This document shows, one piece after another, positions 27,851 through 41,405 of a stretch of DNA of 64,000 nucleotides; the first letter of the stretch is position 1, and every line of letters begins with the position of its first letter. The DNA is from Trichoplax adhaerens (taxonomy: Eukaryota > Animalia > Placozoa). The stretch lies in the NCBI RefSeq assembly GCF_000150275.1, contig NW_002060946.1, positions 3,615,454 through 3,679,453 on the forward strand. Reading direction: 5' to 3'. The notes below the pieces were generated by a model that did no database searches, was not told where the DNA came from, and was given only the letters and a program-made list of their open reading frames with translations. Made by a program: the position numbers and the translations under genes.

Positions 27851-29237
27851 AATTTTAGGTATGCTAGGGTAGGGTAAGATCCTTCGTTGCAAGGCTAATC
27901 ACATTTTACAGGCTTGCACAATAAATTGCATATGCTGGATTATAGTGTCAGTTAAGGAAGGGCATAAGGATATCCTGCAGCAGTCATTGATCGTAATTTT
28001 AGGTATGCTAGAGTAGGGTAAGATCCTTCGTGGCAAGGCTGATCACATTTTACAGGCTTGCACAATAAATTGTATATGCCGGATTATGGTGTCAGTTAAG
28101 GAAGGGTATAAGGATATCCTGCAGCAGCCATTGATCGTAATTTTAGGTATGCTAGAGTAGGGTAAGATCCTTCGTTGCAAGGCTAATCACATTTTACAGG
28201 CTTGCACAATAAATTACATATGCTGGATTATACTGTAAGTTAAGGAAGGGTATAAGGATACCCTGCAGCAGTCATTGATCGAAATTTTAGGTATGCTAGG
28301 GTAGTGCAAGATCCTTCGTTGCAAGGCTAATCACATTTCACAGGGCTTGCACAGTAAATTACATAAATTGGATTATACTGTAAGTTAAAGAAGGGCATAA
28401 GGATATCCTGATCGCAATTTTAGGTATGCTAGGGTAGCGTAAGATCCTTCGTTGCTAGGCTAATTACATTTTACAGGCTTGCACAATAAATTACATATGC
28501 TGGATTATAGTGTAAGTTAAGGAAGGGTATAAGGATATCCTGCAGCAGTCATTGATCGTTATTTTAGGTATGCTAGAGTAGGGTAAGATCCTTCGTGGCA
28601 AGGCTAATCACATTTTACAGGCTTGCACAATAAATTACATATGCTGGATTATACTGTAAGTTAAGGAAGGGTATAAGGATATCCTGCAGCAGTCATTGAT
28701 CGTAATTTTAGGTATGCTAGAGTAGTGCAAGATCCTTCGTCGCAAGGCTAATCACATTTCACAGGGCTTGCACAGCAAATTACATATGTTGGATTATACT
28801 GTAAGTTAAAGAAGGGTATAAGGATATCCTGATCGCAATTTTAGGTATGCTAGGGTAGCGTAAGATCCTTCGTTGCAAGGCTAATCACATTTTACAGGCT
28901 TGCACAATAAATTGACATATACTGGATTATACTGTAAGTTAAGGAAGGGCATAAGGATATCCTGCAGCAGTCGTTGATCGAAATTTTAGGTATTCTAGGG
29001 TAGCGTAAGATCCTTCGTTGCAAGGCTAATCACATTTTACAGCCTTGCACAATAAATTACATATGCTGGATTATACTGTAAGTTAAGGAAGGCCATAAGG
29101 ATATCCTGATCGAAATTTTAGGTATGCTAGGGTAGCGTCAGATCCTTCGTTGCATAGCTAATCACACTTTACAGCCTTGTACAATAAATTACATAGGCTG
29201 GATTATACTGTAACTTAAGGAAGGCCATAAGGATACA
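27851..29237. repeat. 144-bp minisatellite, 10 copies, with a 421-bp higher-order trimer
   Basis: Unit starts (aattttaggta) at 27851, 27995, 28139, 28283, 28416, 28560, 28704, 28837, 28982 and 29114. Confidence 0.97.
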
Positions 29238-29329
29238 ATCAGTATTGTTGTTTCCATGTTGACGTCCATATTAGACCTCCATGGTAGCTTAGCAATCAGA
29301 ATACATTCGGTATTGTTGTTTCGACGTTG

Positions 29330-30380
29330 ATGTCCATATTGCCAATATTTTTGAAATGATTCAGTAGCGATGCAGAAGCCATATTGATACACCAATGCAA
29401 CAGGAGCTCGCATATACCGTGCCTGATCAGTAAACGCTAATACCCGATGCTTATACAGTACAGTATAACAAATTAGAAATACTCGACCATAGCTCACGGA
29501 ATGGTATAAAAACACAATCAATGCTGTTACTGCAATACTGACATGCATATCATCATCAATATTTTGAAATGATTCAATCATGTTGCTACAGCTATTACAA
29601 TGTACATCAATGCATCTACAATCCTTATAGACTCCATCATCAAACGCTAGAATATCCCAATGCTCGTACAATCATTACAAGCCCTCAATCGTAACTCATT
29701 GAATGTCATAAAGATACATTCAAGGCAACTACTTCGATGCTGACATACATATTGCTAATATTTTGAAAAGATTCTACAGTTATATACGAATGCATCAAGA
29801 ATCTCCGTAGATCCAATCATCAAATGCTAATATTGCCAAGCTATACAACAAATTAGAAATGTTCGACTATAACCTACAGAATGATATAAAGACACAATCA
29901 ATGCTGTTACTGCAATACTGACATGCATATCATCATCAATATTTTGAAATGATTCAATCATGTTGCTACAGCTGTACATCAATGCATCTGCAATCCTTAT
30001 TGACTCCATCATCAAACGCTAGAATATCCCGGTGCTCGTATAATCATTACAAGCCCTCAATCGTAACTCATTAAATATCATAAAGATACTTTCAAGGCAA
30101 CTACTTTGATGCTAACATACATACGTATTACCAATATTTCGAAAAAGGTTCTACACGATGCAGTAGTGATGTTACTACAGTTATACACAATCGCATCAAT
30201 GGTATAAAGACACGATCAAATGCTGCTATTCCAATACTGACATGCATATTATCAATATATTGAAACGATTCATATTGCTATAGTTGTAGCAAATGTAAGT
30301 GTTTTAAAAACGCGTCTCCATTATCCAACGCCATAATATCCAATACTTATACAACTATTAGAACGCTCTATCATAGCTCA
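29330..30380. repeat. ~380-bp duplicated block built from decayed submonomers
   Basis: acacaatcaatgctgttactgcaatactgacatgcatatcatcatcaatattttgaaatgattcaatc occurs at 29512 and 29892, with a weaker third copy near 30210. Confidence 0.88.
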
Positions 30381-30734
30381 TCCAATCCTATGCAGATACG
30401 CGCGCGTATAACCATGTTATCACTGCGATATCGATCTGTTACGGCTAAAGTCCGAATGAAGAGTACACATAAATTAGAAGATTATTTTGCTAAGGAGAAA
30501 GAAAACAAGCTCCGTTTTAGTCCTATCCAGACATATTACTAAACACTCCCTTACAGCAATAAAATCTATTAATTCAACTCTCCTATGACTTCCATACTGG
30601 TATACGCATGTTATCCGTATTCTGAAATGATGCAATAACTACACTCTTATAATGTTCCTACAGTTACAAATGTTAAAATAATGCCATAATCGATCATAAC
30701 CCATCGAATAGTATAGATACGATCCTATTACTTT

Positions 30735-31021
30735 GATGCTGGCATAAATATTACTGATATTCTGAAATGATGCATGCCATCAAATATATCAATATAAAAG
30801 CGAGTTATTATCCATGTCATAATCAGCTTATCCTTTTATGCTGGCATAAATGTTACCGATACTCTGAAACGATGCACGCCTTGGAATATATTGATGTAAA
30901 AGTGAACTGTTAACCATGTCATAATCAGCTTATCCTTTTATGCTGGCATAAATATTATCGATACTCTGAAATGATGTACGCTAGGGAATCTATCAATATA
31001 AAAGCGAATTGTTAACCATGT
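30735..31021. repeat. 102-bp tandem repeat, about 3 copies
   Basis: atgctggcataaat.tta..gata.tctgaaa.gatg occurs at about 30737, 30838 and 30940. Confidence 0.88.
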
Positions 31022-31055
31022 AACTTTTAACTAGGAATCACCTTACATCGAAGCC

Positions 31056-31848
31056 ATGCAAACTGTTAGAATTTCGCTCCCAGTATTGCAGCGATTTCGA
31101 ATGCTATCCACAACATCATGTCACAGCGCTGGAGAAAAATGGCGAATTAGGTTTGTAATTTCTGATTCAATCATATTATCGTTATTACACCTAAATTATA
31201 GTAAATAAAATGAAAAATGGTAGAGAGATCCATGTGGAACATCCGGAATCCACTTAGCATACAATTTGTTTCATTAAACCATAGACGAAATCTTCCTCGA
31301 AGTGGCAACGAATACGGTCCGTTAACGGAATTACCGGACTGGTCTTATGCAGGTAAAATAGACTTACTTTCACAAAAATCAATCTAATACTGCGAATTTT
31401 ATACAATTACCAGAATCAATATCCGAAACAAGAAATCACATTGAGCTGTAGATTAAACAACCAATCTATCCATACGTGTACTATACTTATTGCTAATACT
31501 TATATACGTTATACACACAACTACACTATCATAAGGACGATTTTATTAAAGCTACTGTTTAACGATAATACCGTAAAATTGGGAAGCTTTTAATCTATTT
31601 AATAATCCTGGTTCTTATACATTCTTACCATCATGCAACATTAGATGGCCGACCAGGACCAATCTCAAAAGGACAAAAGAAAAGGGACTCAAAACAACAA
31701 GCCTTATCTGTACGTAAAGTTTAAGGAATTCGCAATAACTTCTTAAGTAATCGTAAAATTACCGCAATATCAAGATTATAATTTCTGTTTATAGGAACGA
31801 GTACAGCGCCTACTTAATGAAGTCGATACAGCAAAAGAGGAGAGTTGA
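31056..31848 (+). CDS. MRPL52: Mitochondrial ribosomal protein mL52, 4 coding exons
   Basis: Arg-rich presequence-like MQTVRISLPVLQRFRMLSTT, then [60 protein letters not shown] is the mL52 signature. Confidence 0.92.
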
Positions 31849-33238
31849 TGTTCATTATGAGTCGATTACATCAACTAAGATTATTAATTGCAATGTTAAA
31901 AAATACTTGGCTACTTGTTGCGAAAGTTGATAATGTCCATACCAAATTTTCTGTATGCTTTTTTTACAATATATCATATATTGTTCTTAATCTACTATTC
32001 TATTCCAGGAAGTCACCATAGTTTAATTTCCATTACTGAATTAAAATTAATGGCCTTTTGCATATATTATTGCATGACTCACAGTAAGCTAATTAGCAGC
32101 GACAGTTTTAGAAATTGTAGACTTTATTGTTGTTACTGAAAATAAAGTATCAATCAAGGATGATTGATCAATCCCTCCTACATCTAGTAATTATATATGC
32201 GCCTTTGCTTTAACATAGCTTCAATTGTTTTACATGTTAGCTTTAATTAAACTTTATAAGAAAAAACGAATTAAATTAATTTACAAGATACAATATTATC
32301 TATGCTGCAAGTCATATTATCGTATGCGATTTTATTCAGTGACTCAACAATTTATATTTGGCAATAAATTTTATCCACAAGTACCCTATAATACCTTATC
32401 TATTTTATTGCATAATAGATGCTATCATAAAAACTCAAGATTAGCATCTAACTGAAAAATCAGGATGATGCAATATATAAAGCAAGATATTTACATACCA
32501 ATTACAGAGAACAATTTTCTTATAAAAATTGCCATCACTGCGATGATAAATCATCATAAACTGATATGCGATTACAATACGCTAGATCTAATGCAATATT
32601 TATCGTTTACCGTTAAAACTTGTGTTATTCTACAAATTATAGCAACATAATCTTAGCTATGTTTTCGAATTTTTAGCTCGATAAGAGAATACGATAAAGA
32701 TATTAAAATTGTAGTAATTTGCTATCCCTGCCATGTAATATGGCTACCACCGAGTACTTCATAGTGATTCATATGAATTAAAATGAATATCATCATTACT
32801 TTAATTAGATTAAAAACTTATTTATTCCAATAAGTCATAATGAAATCTATTATATTATATTTATAATAATTTATGTCAATCGTTTGAATTCTTCTTTTAA
32901 CACAGAAAAATTGACCATTATTAAGCACTAAAAATTATCTTTAATATATATATCACTTCCCATGCCACCACAAATTTTAACATAGAAAGCAATACACAAC
33001 AATCGTAATTGGTTTTACGATTGCAATCGAAATTTTCCTTATACCTTTCTATCAATGCAATTAATTCCTGCTTCTAACCTATTGCTATCTTCATATATTA
33101 TAAATGACTAAGTATTTATCTAACAATCCTACGACTACAATACTAACTCGTTTTAAAAGCTAACAAAGACGATCAACATTTACTAAAAACACATATAATC
33201 CTCTACGTCCTGTTAACGAAAGTAGTTATTACGACATT

Positions 33239-36200
33239 TCACTTTTCACCGCCTTCGAACGCTGCAGATTCCCCAATGATGCATAATTTCTGCACTAGAA
33301 GTGTAAATCGGTCTAAAAAATATGTAAATAAGATATAAAATCAATTTAAAAAATTTAAATTTAAACATTAAGCTCTAAAAGCAAAATCATATCAAATATC
33401 TTCACTTAATCAATATAACCCTATACAACTGGATTAAATAAGCTAAACGTTCTAGAGATAAAGAAGCTAATGTAGTTAGTCCATCAGTACCTGAATACTC
33501 GACCAAAACTTTCGGTTTAAAGTATCCACGAATAAAAGCATAATAAACTGGAATTCCAGCTATAATAAATATGCTGGCAATTAAAGCTTCAACAGGGGCT
33601 TGAACAATAGGAGCAATAACCAAATAGCAAGCGATTCCAACCATTATCATTGGAATTATTATAAAAACCTTTTAGAAAGACAATTAATTCATATATTAGC
33701 ACAGAATATTATTACATTTCGAAAGCACGACCGCGATGATACTCTAAGTAGAGAGCTAACAAGCTCACCAGCATTTTCTTTCTTATAAAGTAAAGTCATT
33801 ATCGATGAATTGACAAAAATTGATGAGATTATTCCTCCTATGGCTACACTATCGTTAACTAACTTTAAATGGACGATCTGCATCAGGCATTCGTCGACGC
33901 AAGACGATTAAGCTTACAAACGTGGTGCCATAAAATAGCCATGCAGAAAAACTGAAATAATTGATTAGGGAATTGAAATCGTTTGGAATCAATAATATGA
34001 TGGATATGAAGGCCTATTATAAATAAAAATAAGCAATTGATTTAATCATTTGGAGTCGCTTAGGTGCAGCAGCGATAAATAGAGAAAAAAGCTGCTAATT
34101 TACTTGGAAGATTATTGCAGGCATTGGAGTTAATCTATCTCTTTGAATCATAGATAGCACTTTAGGCAAATGACCTCGACGAGCAGCAACGAAATTCAAT
34201 CTATACAAATAGATTCCAAAAATACTTATCGATTAATAGAGAATTTAATCGACGATAGATAGAATAGAGTTTTATTAAAATATTATCGCTTGTCGTATGC
34301 ATATAATAATCAATCTTAAGAAAAGTATCCATATACCTGGCTGCCCCAAAAGAACTTCCATTACATGCACCAAATGTTGAGAATGCAACAAACATGGGTA
34401 CTAGCCAAGGTACCTGGCCAATAATTCGATCAGCAACAGACTAGAATCGATAGTAAAGAAAGTATAAATTAAAAATAATATCCTTGATAACTGACGGCAA
34501 TATTATTATGTACTAACCGATGCAACTGCAGCCGATTCTAGAATCTCTTGTCTTGTTAAAACAGTAAAATAAGTAACGTTAACGGTGATATAAATAACCG
34601 TTACAAGAGGGATACCAATCAAGGCCGCACGAGGAAGATTTCTATTAGTTTATAAATTTAAGTAGGAATACATCAATCATCATAGTGGTAAAGCTTACCA
34701 TTGGATCAATATAAATGTCATCATTTGCTATTTTAAGTTATTCTATTACTTCGCTACCATAAAAATGTTAATACCTATTTTGATAAGAAAAATGAAAAAA
34801 TATCAATGATAAATTCAACATGTTCTTACCTTTGCGGTTGTTTTAGCTCTTCGATAGCAAAATTTAAGTTATTCCTAAGATCAACATAATACCAAATGAA
34901 ATTTCATACAATCACGTATTAATGGCAAATTAATAAATTTTATTTTAAACATACCAGCCATCGTAGGCCCATAATCCCTGATAAAATGCAAGAGCAACAA
35001 CGGCTGCATTAGTCTCGGTACCTTCCCAGCTGCTTTGAAAATTTTGTACTCTCCCTATATTAATTTTAAGAGGCGATTCAATACACCTTCATCATTTCGA
35101 TAATTAGTTGTAACTTGATAGATATAGATATTTTATTTCAATTCTTTATCAGTTCTGGTGATATTAATCCAATATTTATATTTATTACTTTTTAATTTAC
35201 AACGAGGAAGAATGTTGCACCGTACTTATATTTCGGAGGTGAGAATTAGTAGCAACTTTGTAAGCCAAATTTATAGCTATAATATATTTACCTCGCCCCA
35301 ATTCCACAAATCCAATAATAATTAACCCAAATACGGCAATCAGCTTGGCAACGGTAAAAATATCCTGCAATTTCGTTGCCCATTTAACACTATAGCAATT
35401 GATGAACGCAATGGTAGCTATAAAGTGAGATCATGAAGTTAAGATTAAAAATCCACAACTGATCATTTAAGCAGCCACTTTATCCCTTAGGTACTATACA
35501 AAGGGTTTATTTTATTGACTTTCTGTGTACAATTATTGCATGTTATTCTAGAAAGTAAATTAAATATTAATATTGCATAGAAAAATGAATGCTCATTAAA
35601 GAATTATAACTAGGTCACAGAATTTCTTCATATATTATAAATTTCGACTACTTAAACAACTTTGTTAATCAATTTTCTTCTATAATTATAGTTATGATAC
35701 AAGAACAAAAGAAGAATTACGTATACGTAAGGGGATATTTTTTACAATTAATAAAAATAAGTCATACAATGTAGAGGATTATATATATATATAAAAAAGC
35801 ATGATAAATTGTTAACCATCGACACTGCTCTACTTATACGCTTAAACAGTTACGGAAAGACCTTTTCAACGATCTTATAGCTACCCGCATATTGATAAGT
35901 AAAACATCAATTATTTATTTATTATATAATAAACAGTTCTTTATGAATAATATAGGATTGATAGAGTGATGAATTTCAATATTTTATACTGTGGATTCGG
36001 TCCTATTTGTAAATATCTTTGAGCTTAGGATCGGTATAGCGTTTACGATCAATCGATTTCAAATACTTTTATGCCGGTCGTGCCGACAAAATTCTAAATT
36101 TACTACATCAACTTTGTAGGGAAATGTTACATAAATGATCAATTTATAACTTTAATCAGTTTGCATATGGCTTATAGACTGCTTGTTCCTATGGGCTAAA

Positions 36201-39200
36201 TCTTTAATTTTATTGAATAGATTGATTAAAAGATCATAAAGAACCACATTTTGTTTACTGGAAGTATTTCAAATTCCCTTTCAGCTTTAAATTGATTTTG
36301 AATATTTCTTTACTCATCACAGCAATATATGGCATTTTAATTCAATTAAGCTACATTTAATAGAGAAAAGAACTTTAAGCTATAGATTACTGATTCATTC
36401 ATTATAGCTCAATAGTCGTATAGTATGTATTTTAAACTCTATTTAGCTTTAAAATTAATTCTGAGCGCCTTTAAACTCATCAATCGCTAAAATTTTTTCT
36501 TAACCTAGTTACGGTACCGATAGTAGAAGATATATTTATACTGTAAAGTACAAACCTAATCGAATCACTTCTAATATTTATTGATTGAATATTATCGGAT
36601 GAGTCTTTTAATTTTAATTTTATAAATTAATTTGTCATGCACTGATCCAACGATCAAGAATACAAATTGGCACTGGAAATACCTCTATATCAGATGAAGA
36701 GTGAATGTCTATCATCGCAATCAAAATATTCTCCCGAATGTAAGAATTTTAATAAGTGAAAACTTGCTGGCTATTCTACTAAGGGGAGAATCTATCCAAG
36801 GTTGCATGTCAATAAAATGATTCGATAATTATCGTAGTATTAATTTTTAATACTATAATATCTCATGGTAGGTTAATATGAGAAAATTTTTGCTTTGTCA
36901 TGATGATGATAAGATGGTACAGTACATAATAAATACAATAGCAAAATTAGATAGTATTAGATAAGCAGTCGAATGATAACAGCAATCATGATAGAACAAG
37001 ATAATGCTTAGTGGTACTGGTAGTAAAGTACTTATTGACTTTGTGTGCCTTAAAACCCTTCCTTTAATATCAATTCAATTTTGAATAACCTATTAAATTA
37101 CTTTCTTGGATGATAAAAGGTGTAGTGAAATTAATTGGTAATGATAAACACTGTTTACATATTCATCAACATGTAAAACGGAATAAAACAATTACTACGC
37201 CCCTCGCTTGGCTACCCACTAAGGATATTTAGAAATTATTCATAAACTAAAATCTAAGTAAACACGGTAGTAAAGAAAACTACATACTGTTATAGATTTT
37301 AGTTTACTTGCAACTGTTGTTTACGAATAACATAATTACTCCCGGTTTTAACTGCAGAGGATATTGTAAGGATATTTAATAAACAAAGGTTGCATGGCTA
37401 ACTTTACGATCATGTAATACGAGTATATGTCCTATATAATTGAACATCTGATTGCAAGATAAAAGATGATAAATGTAGTAAATATTCTGTCATTGTAACA
37501 CTCTGGTAAGAGTAATAACAAGAAATGAGCTTACAGTAGAGTAACTGCTATAATTATTGATTTATAAATAGCAGATTTTCCATGTTTATAAATAAAATAT
37601 AGAGTAGCTACAAGACTAGCATAATTCCAGAATATAAATAAAAAAATCGACTATGGACTGTCAATGTACAATATGCCACCGTACTTTCCTTATTCTCTAT
37701 CGAATTGTTTAAGCCTAATGTAAATTCTTTTTAAGATTTAAATCGCAGAAATCTCTCCTATGCATGTAAGCAGTAGATCATTGTATTAAGAAAGCCCTAT
37801 GATACAAAAAAGAATATTTCTGCAAGACTATCAAACTAATTAAGGCCGGCGGTAGATTATTACCCTCAGGAAATCTGAGAATAAATTTTGATTAATTTTA
37901 TCAAACTATCAATATTTTCGTGGATTTAAACTATAGTTCAGAGATTTCAGATTTTGCTAACTCGGAAAAAGTAGCAATAAAGAAAGCTAATAGCGAATTG
38001 ACTATTACAAAAGAAGCTTCTCACCGTGCATTCAGTATTATGGTATGAAGAGTTCTAACAAGTAATCTAGAAATTCTAGGTCAAGCCTAATCAAGGCCAA
38101 TAGTACTACTAAAGAAAATGGGATAATAAATTTAGCTAAATCTTGATCTTTAACGTCGGATGTTCAAAAGCCAATGTAAACTATTTTCATGGCTAAATAA
38201 GGTATTCAGCTATGTAGCAGGTAGATAGTTTCTGGAAATTACAGCCAGGAATTAAGCTATAATATAGCTATACGGGAATAATAAAATATGACGAAAAAAT
38301 TAATAGTAATCGTGATGAAATAAATCAAATTTGATACTAACGATGAACTACTCATACTGCTCGGTCTAAAAGCCGTGATATATCTAGCCTTTAAACCCCT
38401 TATATTCAATAGCTAATATAAGCTATTTTAATGTAAGATTAGAACGTTTCATAAGTACAGTATCGAAGAAAAAATTTAAACCAGTAAGTAATAAAACAGA
38501 CGCTGATAAATCTAAAGGGAGCAGTAAAATAGCTGAAATAGGTTTAAAAAAGGGTTAGAGTTGAAAATTTTATAAACTTTCCACATAGAGTTGGTAACCG
38601 TTGTCAATTCGAAGCGGAAAGGATTTAACAACAACAAGATAATAAAAAAGAACTTCTTATTTTGCTAAAATAGGCTTAAAGGACGAATACTAAAATTTTA
38701 ATTTATATCATTGCAAAGTTGAAGTTCTTAACAGACCCTAGAGACTGTATCTAACAATAAAAGTGAGAAAAGAAATTATACTTCATAATGAAGTAACAAA
38801 AATTGACGTACTAAAATAATTTTGAAATAAACGAAACAAAAATGAATAGTAAATTTTATTCTATATTTGACAGGTATAGTGTTGAATTATATGAATATTG
38901 GAGAGAAAATCACAATCACTGACTATCGGATAAGTGACAAATAAATGTACCATTTTAGTGCTAATAAATGAGTACAGAAGAGTAGTAGAATCTTAAGTTA
39001 TGTGGTTACTAAGTGAGCGTTTATCGGGACCACTTAACACTAATATTGAAACTAGGAGAGCTAGAGGAAATGATAATCAATAATTAAGCGATAAAATGGA
39101 CAGACTATAGTAAATATAATACAGAAATGGATTTATGATTGAAGTAGCCAATTTTAATCCTTTTCTATTGGATGTTGGGTACCCATATTTAATTGTAAAG

Positions 39201-41405
39201 GTGTGAAAGCGAGAGAAGAAATTGCTTTGATCAAAAACTAGGCGATAACATGGATATCGATCATAATGTTGAAATAGACCAAACGCCGAAATAGTTTTTA
39301 TTCGATCTTGAATACTTCCTACCAGACGTTAAAATGTCATTAAATTAGAGCTTTACTACAGCTGCTTTTTAGCCTACATGCGGCATTCGATGCTAAACAT
39401 TGACTACTAGGCGCTAAAATGTCATTAAATTAGAGCTTTACTACGCCTATTTTTTAGTCTATATGCAGTACTCTATTTTAATGCAGTGTTACAGATACAT
39501 TCATTTTTATCGGTGAATTCTTCATTAAAACAATAATTTCCGTTTTAGTTTCTAAGTATTGTAATGCCTTCTAGACAATATATTCTATTTCAATATTATT
39601 GAAATATCTACTACATTTCACCGGTGAATTCTTAACTATACAAAAATGATCTTTTTAATTTTCTGAAATATTCCTATATTTTCTAGACAATAGCTTTATT
39701 TAAACACTCCTGATATATACTATATTTTGTCGGTAAAATATTTTGATTATTCAATAATTTCCTTTCTAATCTGAATATTCCTGTTTTTAATCTCATGCTC
39801 TATTTCAATATTACAGATATATTTACATTATATTTTATCACTAATCCTAGATTCTCCAATAATTCTTTTCTAATTCCTGTTTTCCAGTCAACATACCGGT
39901 ACCCATGTTAATATCACGGACATAATCATTTTGTCAGCAACTTAATTGTAGAAGCAATTCCTTCCCCATCTCTGAATATTTCTATCTTTTAGTCTACACA
40001 ATCTATTTCAATAATGTTATAGATATACACTATCTACTGTACTATATTTTATTAGCAATTCTTAATTGTGTAGTAATTTTTTTCTGACCTCTGAATACCC
40101 CTATTCTCTAGTCTGCTTCATTTTGATGTAACGAATGCATCCATTTTGTCGGTCAGTCCCTGATTATGCAATAATTTACTTTCTACCTTCTGTATTGGTT
40201 GCTTCATACCCAGTAACATACGACTAAAATTTTCCACTAAGTCTTTTATTCCTCATTGAGTCTCAATTTAGCATGATATTTATTATGCTAAAAGATTTCT
40301 ATAAAATTAGCTAGACAGATGTTATAAAAACATTGAATTCCGTCACATTTGTCAGTGAGATGTTTATCCCGATCTGTTAGAACATCAATCAATTTGATAT
40401 CCTTCAGCTGTGTACAGTAGAATAGTTAGAGCTATAACTGCGATAAATCTAGATCATGTCACAACAAGTTTGGGCTCGATAGGATAGATCTATTCCGACT
40501 AACTCTCTGTACTCGTTTCTTGTACTGTAAACTTTGTCTACTCATTTGATGTATTAAGGATAGTAGAATAAAACGAATTTTTTGATAAATTGATATGAAA
40601 ATACTACTACTACTACTAGGAAACCGGAATGATCAAGAATCCAAATGGTTAGACGACATACTTAGTTCTAGGCTAATAGAGGAAAATATGTAATTTGGCT
40701 AGCTCTCTCATGGTCTTGTAAACCTATTATTGATTTTTTTATACAACTCTCGAACAACAATCAACTGGATAGGAATGATGCAATATCTTCAATGTCATTC
40801 ATTGAAAGAGGCAAACGGTTATAAAAAAAAGCGCAATAGAAGTGGACTTGACAAGAAATTGTCAATGGATTTTACAGCATTTGATTAATCAGTAATAAAT
40901 TAACCTTACCGATACAAAATGCGGCTAATAGTTTCATGATCGATGGAGGCGGTGAGCAACCGGGGAAGAATGGCTGCGTTGTATATTCGGCAAAGGCCAT
41001 TGCAATTGCAGATGCTGTCGATGGCTTAATAATAATAATGGATGTCCACGCGAAGAGAAATGCCGGTAATTCACCAATGCCTTTCAAAATATAAGCATAT
41101 TCAGCACCGGACATGTTAATCATTGTGCCTAATTCGACATAGCTGATGGAGCCACCTAAAGCAATCAAACCACAACCAGTCCAAACCAATAAAGTTAAAC
41201 CAATCGAGCCGCAACCTAGCAAGACACCTTTCGGCGATATAAATATTCCTGAACCAATCATAGTACCAATGATTAAAGTAATTCCGCTAATCAAGTTGAC
41301 TTGTCGCTTGAGCTTTAGTCCCTCTTGCTGTGGCTTTTGATTTAATGATGCCTTCCTGCCGTGAACTTCTACGCCAGGTCCAATTTCTTTAAATTCAGTC
41401 GCCAT
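33239..41405 (-). CDS. SLC7 heteromeric amino-acid transporter light chain, b0,+AT/SLC7A9-like (paralog A)
   Basis: [31 protein letters not shown]; ELGT..SGAEYAY; PFFPGCSPP (Cys for the heavy-chain disulfide); [17 protein letters not shown]; NLPRA; [10 protein letters not shown]; [10 protein letters not shown]; LINYFSF; DRPFKV; ending ..FEGGEK*. First intron about 5.5 kb (35418-40909). Confidence 0.92.
39328..40260. repeat. Short 2-copy repeat (39330, 39416) followed by a heavily diverged ~112-bp array in intron 1 of SLC7 paralog A
   Basis: taaaatgtcattaaattagagctttactac occurs twice, followed by recurring cggtgaattctt, ctagacaata, tctatttcaata and tctgaatattcc blocks. Confidence 0.7.

Noticed and set aside
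27851-29237. CRISPR-like array
   Set aside because: The units are full-length near-identical monomers without unique spacers, there are no cas genes, and the context is eukaryotic.
29189-30015. ORFs of 160 aa and 62 aa on the minus strand
   Set aside because: They derive from the 380-bp repeat, the copies have frame-breaking indels, and I recognise no homology.
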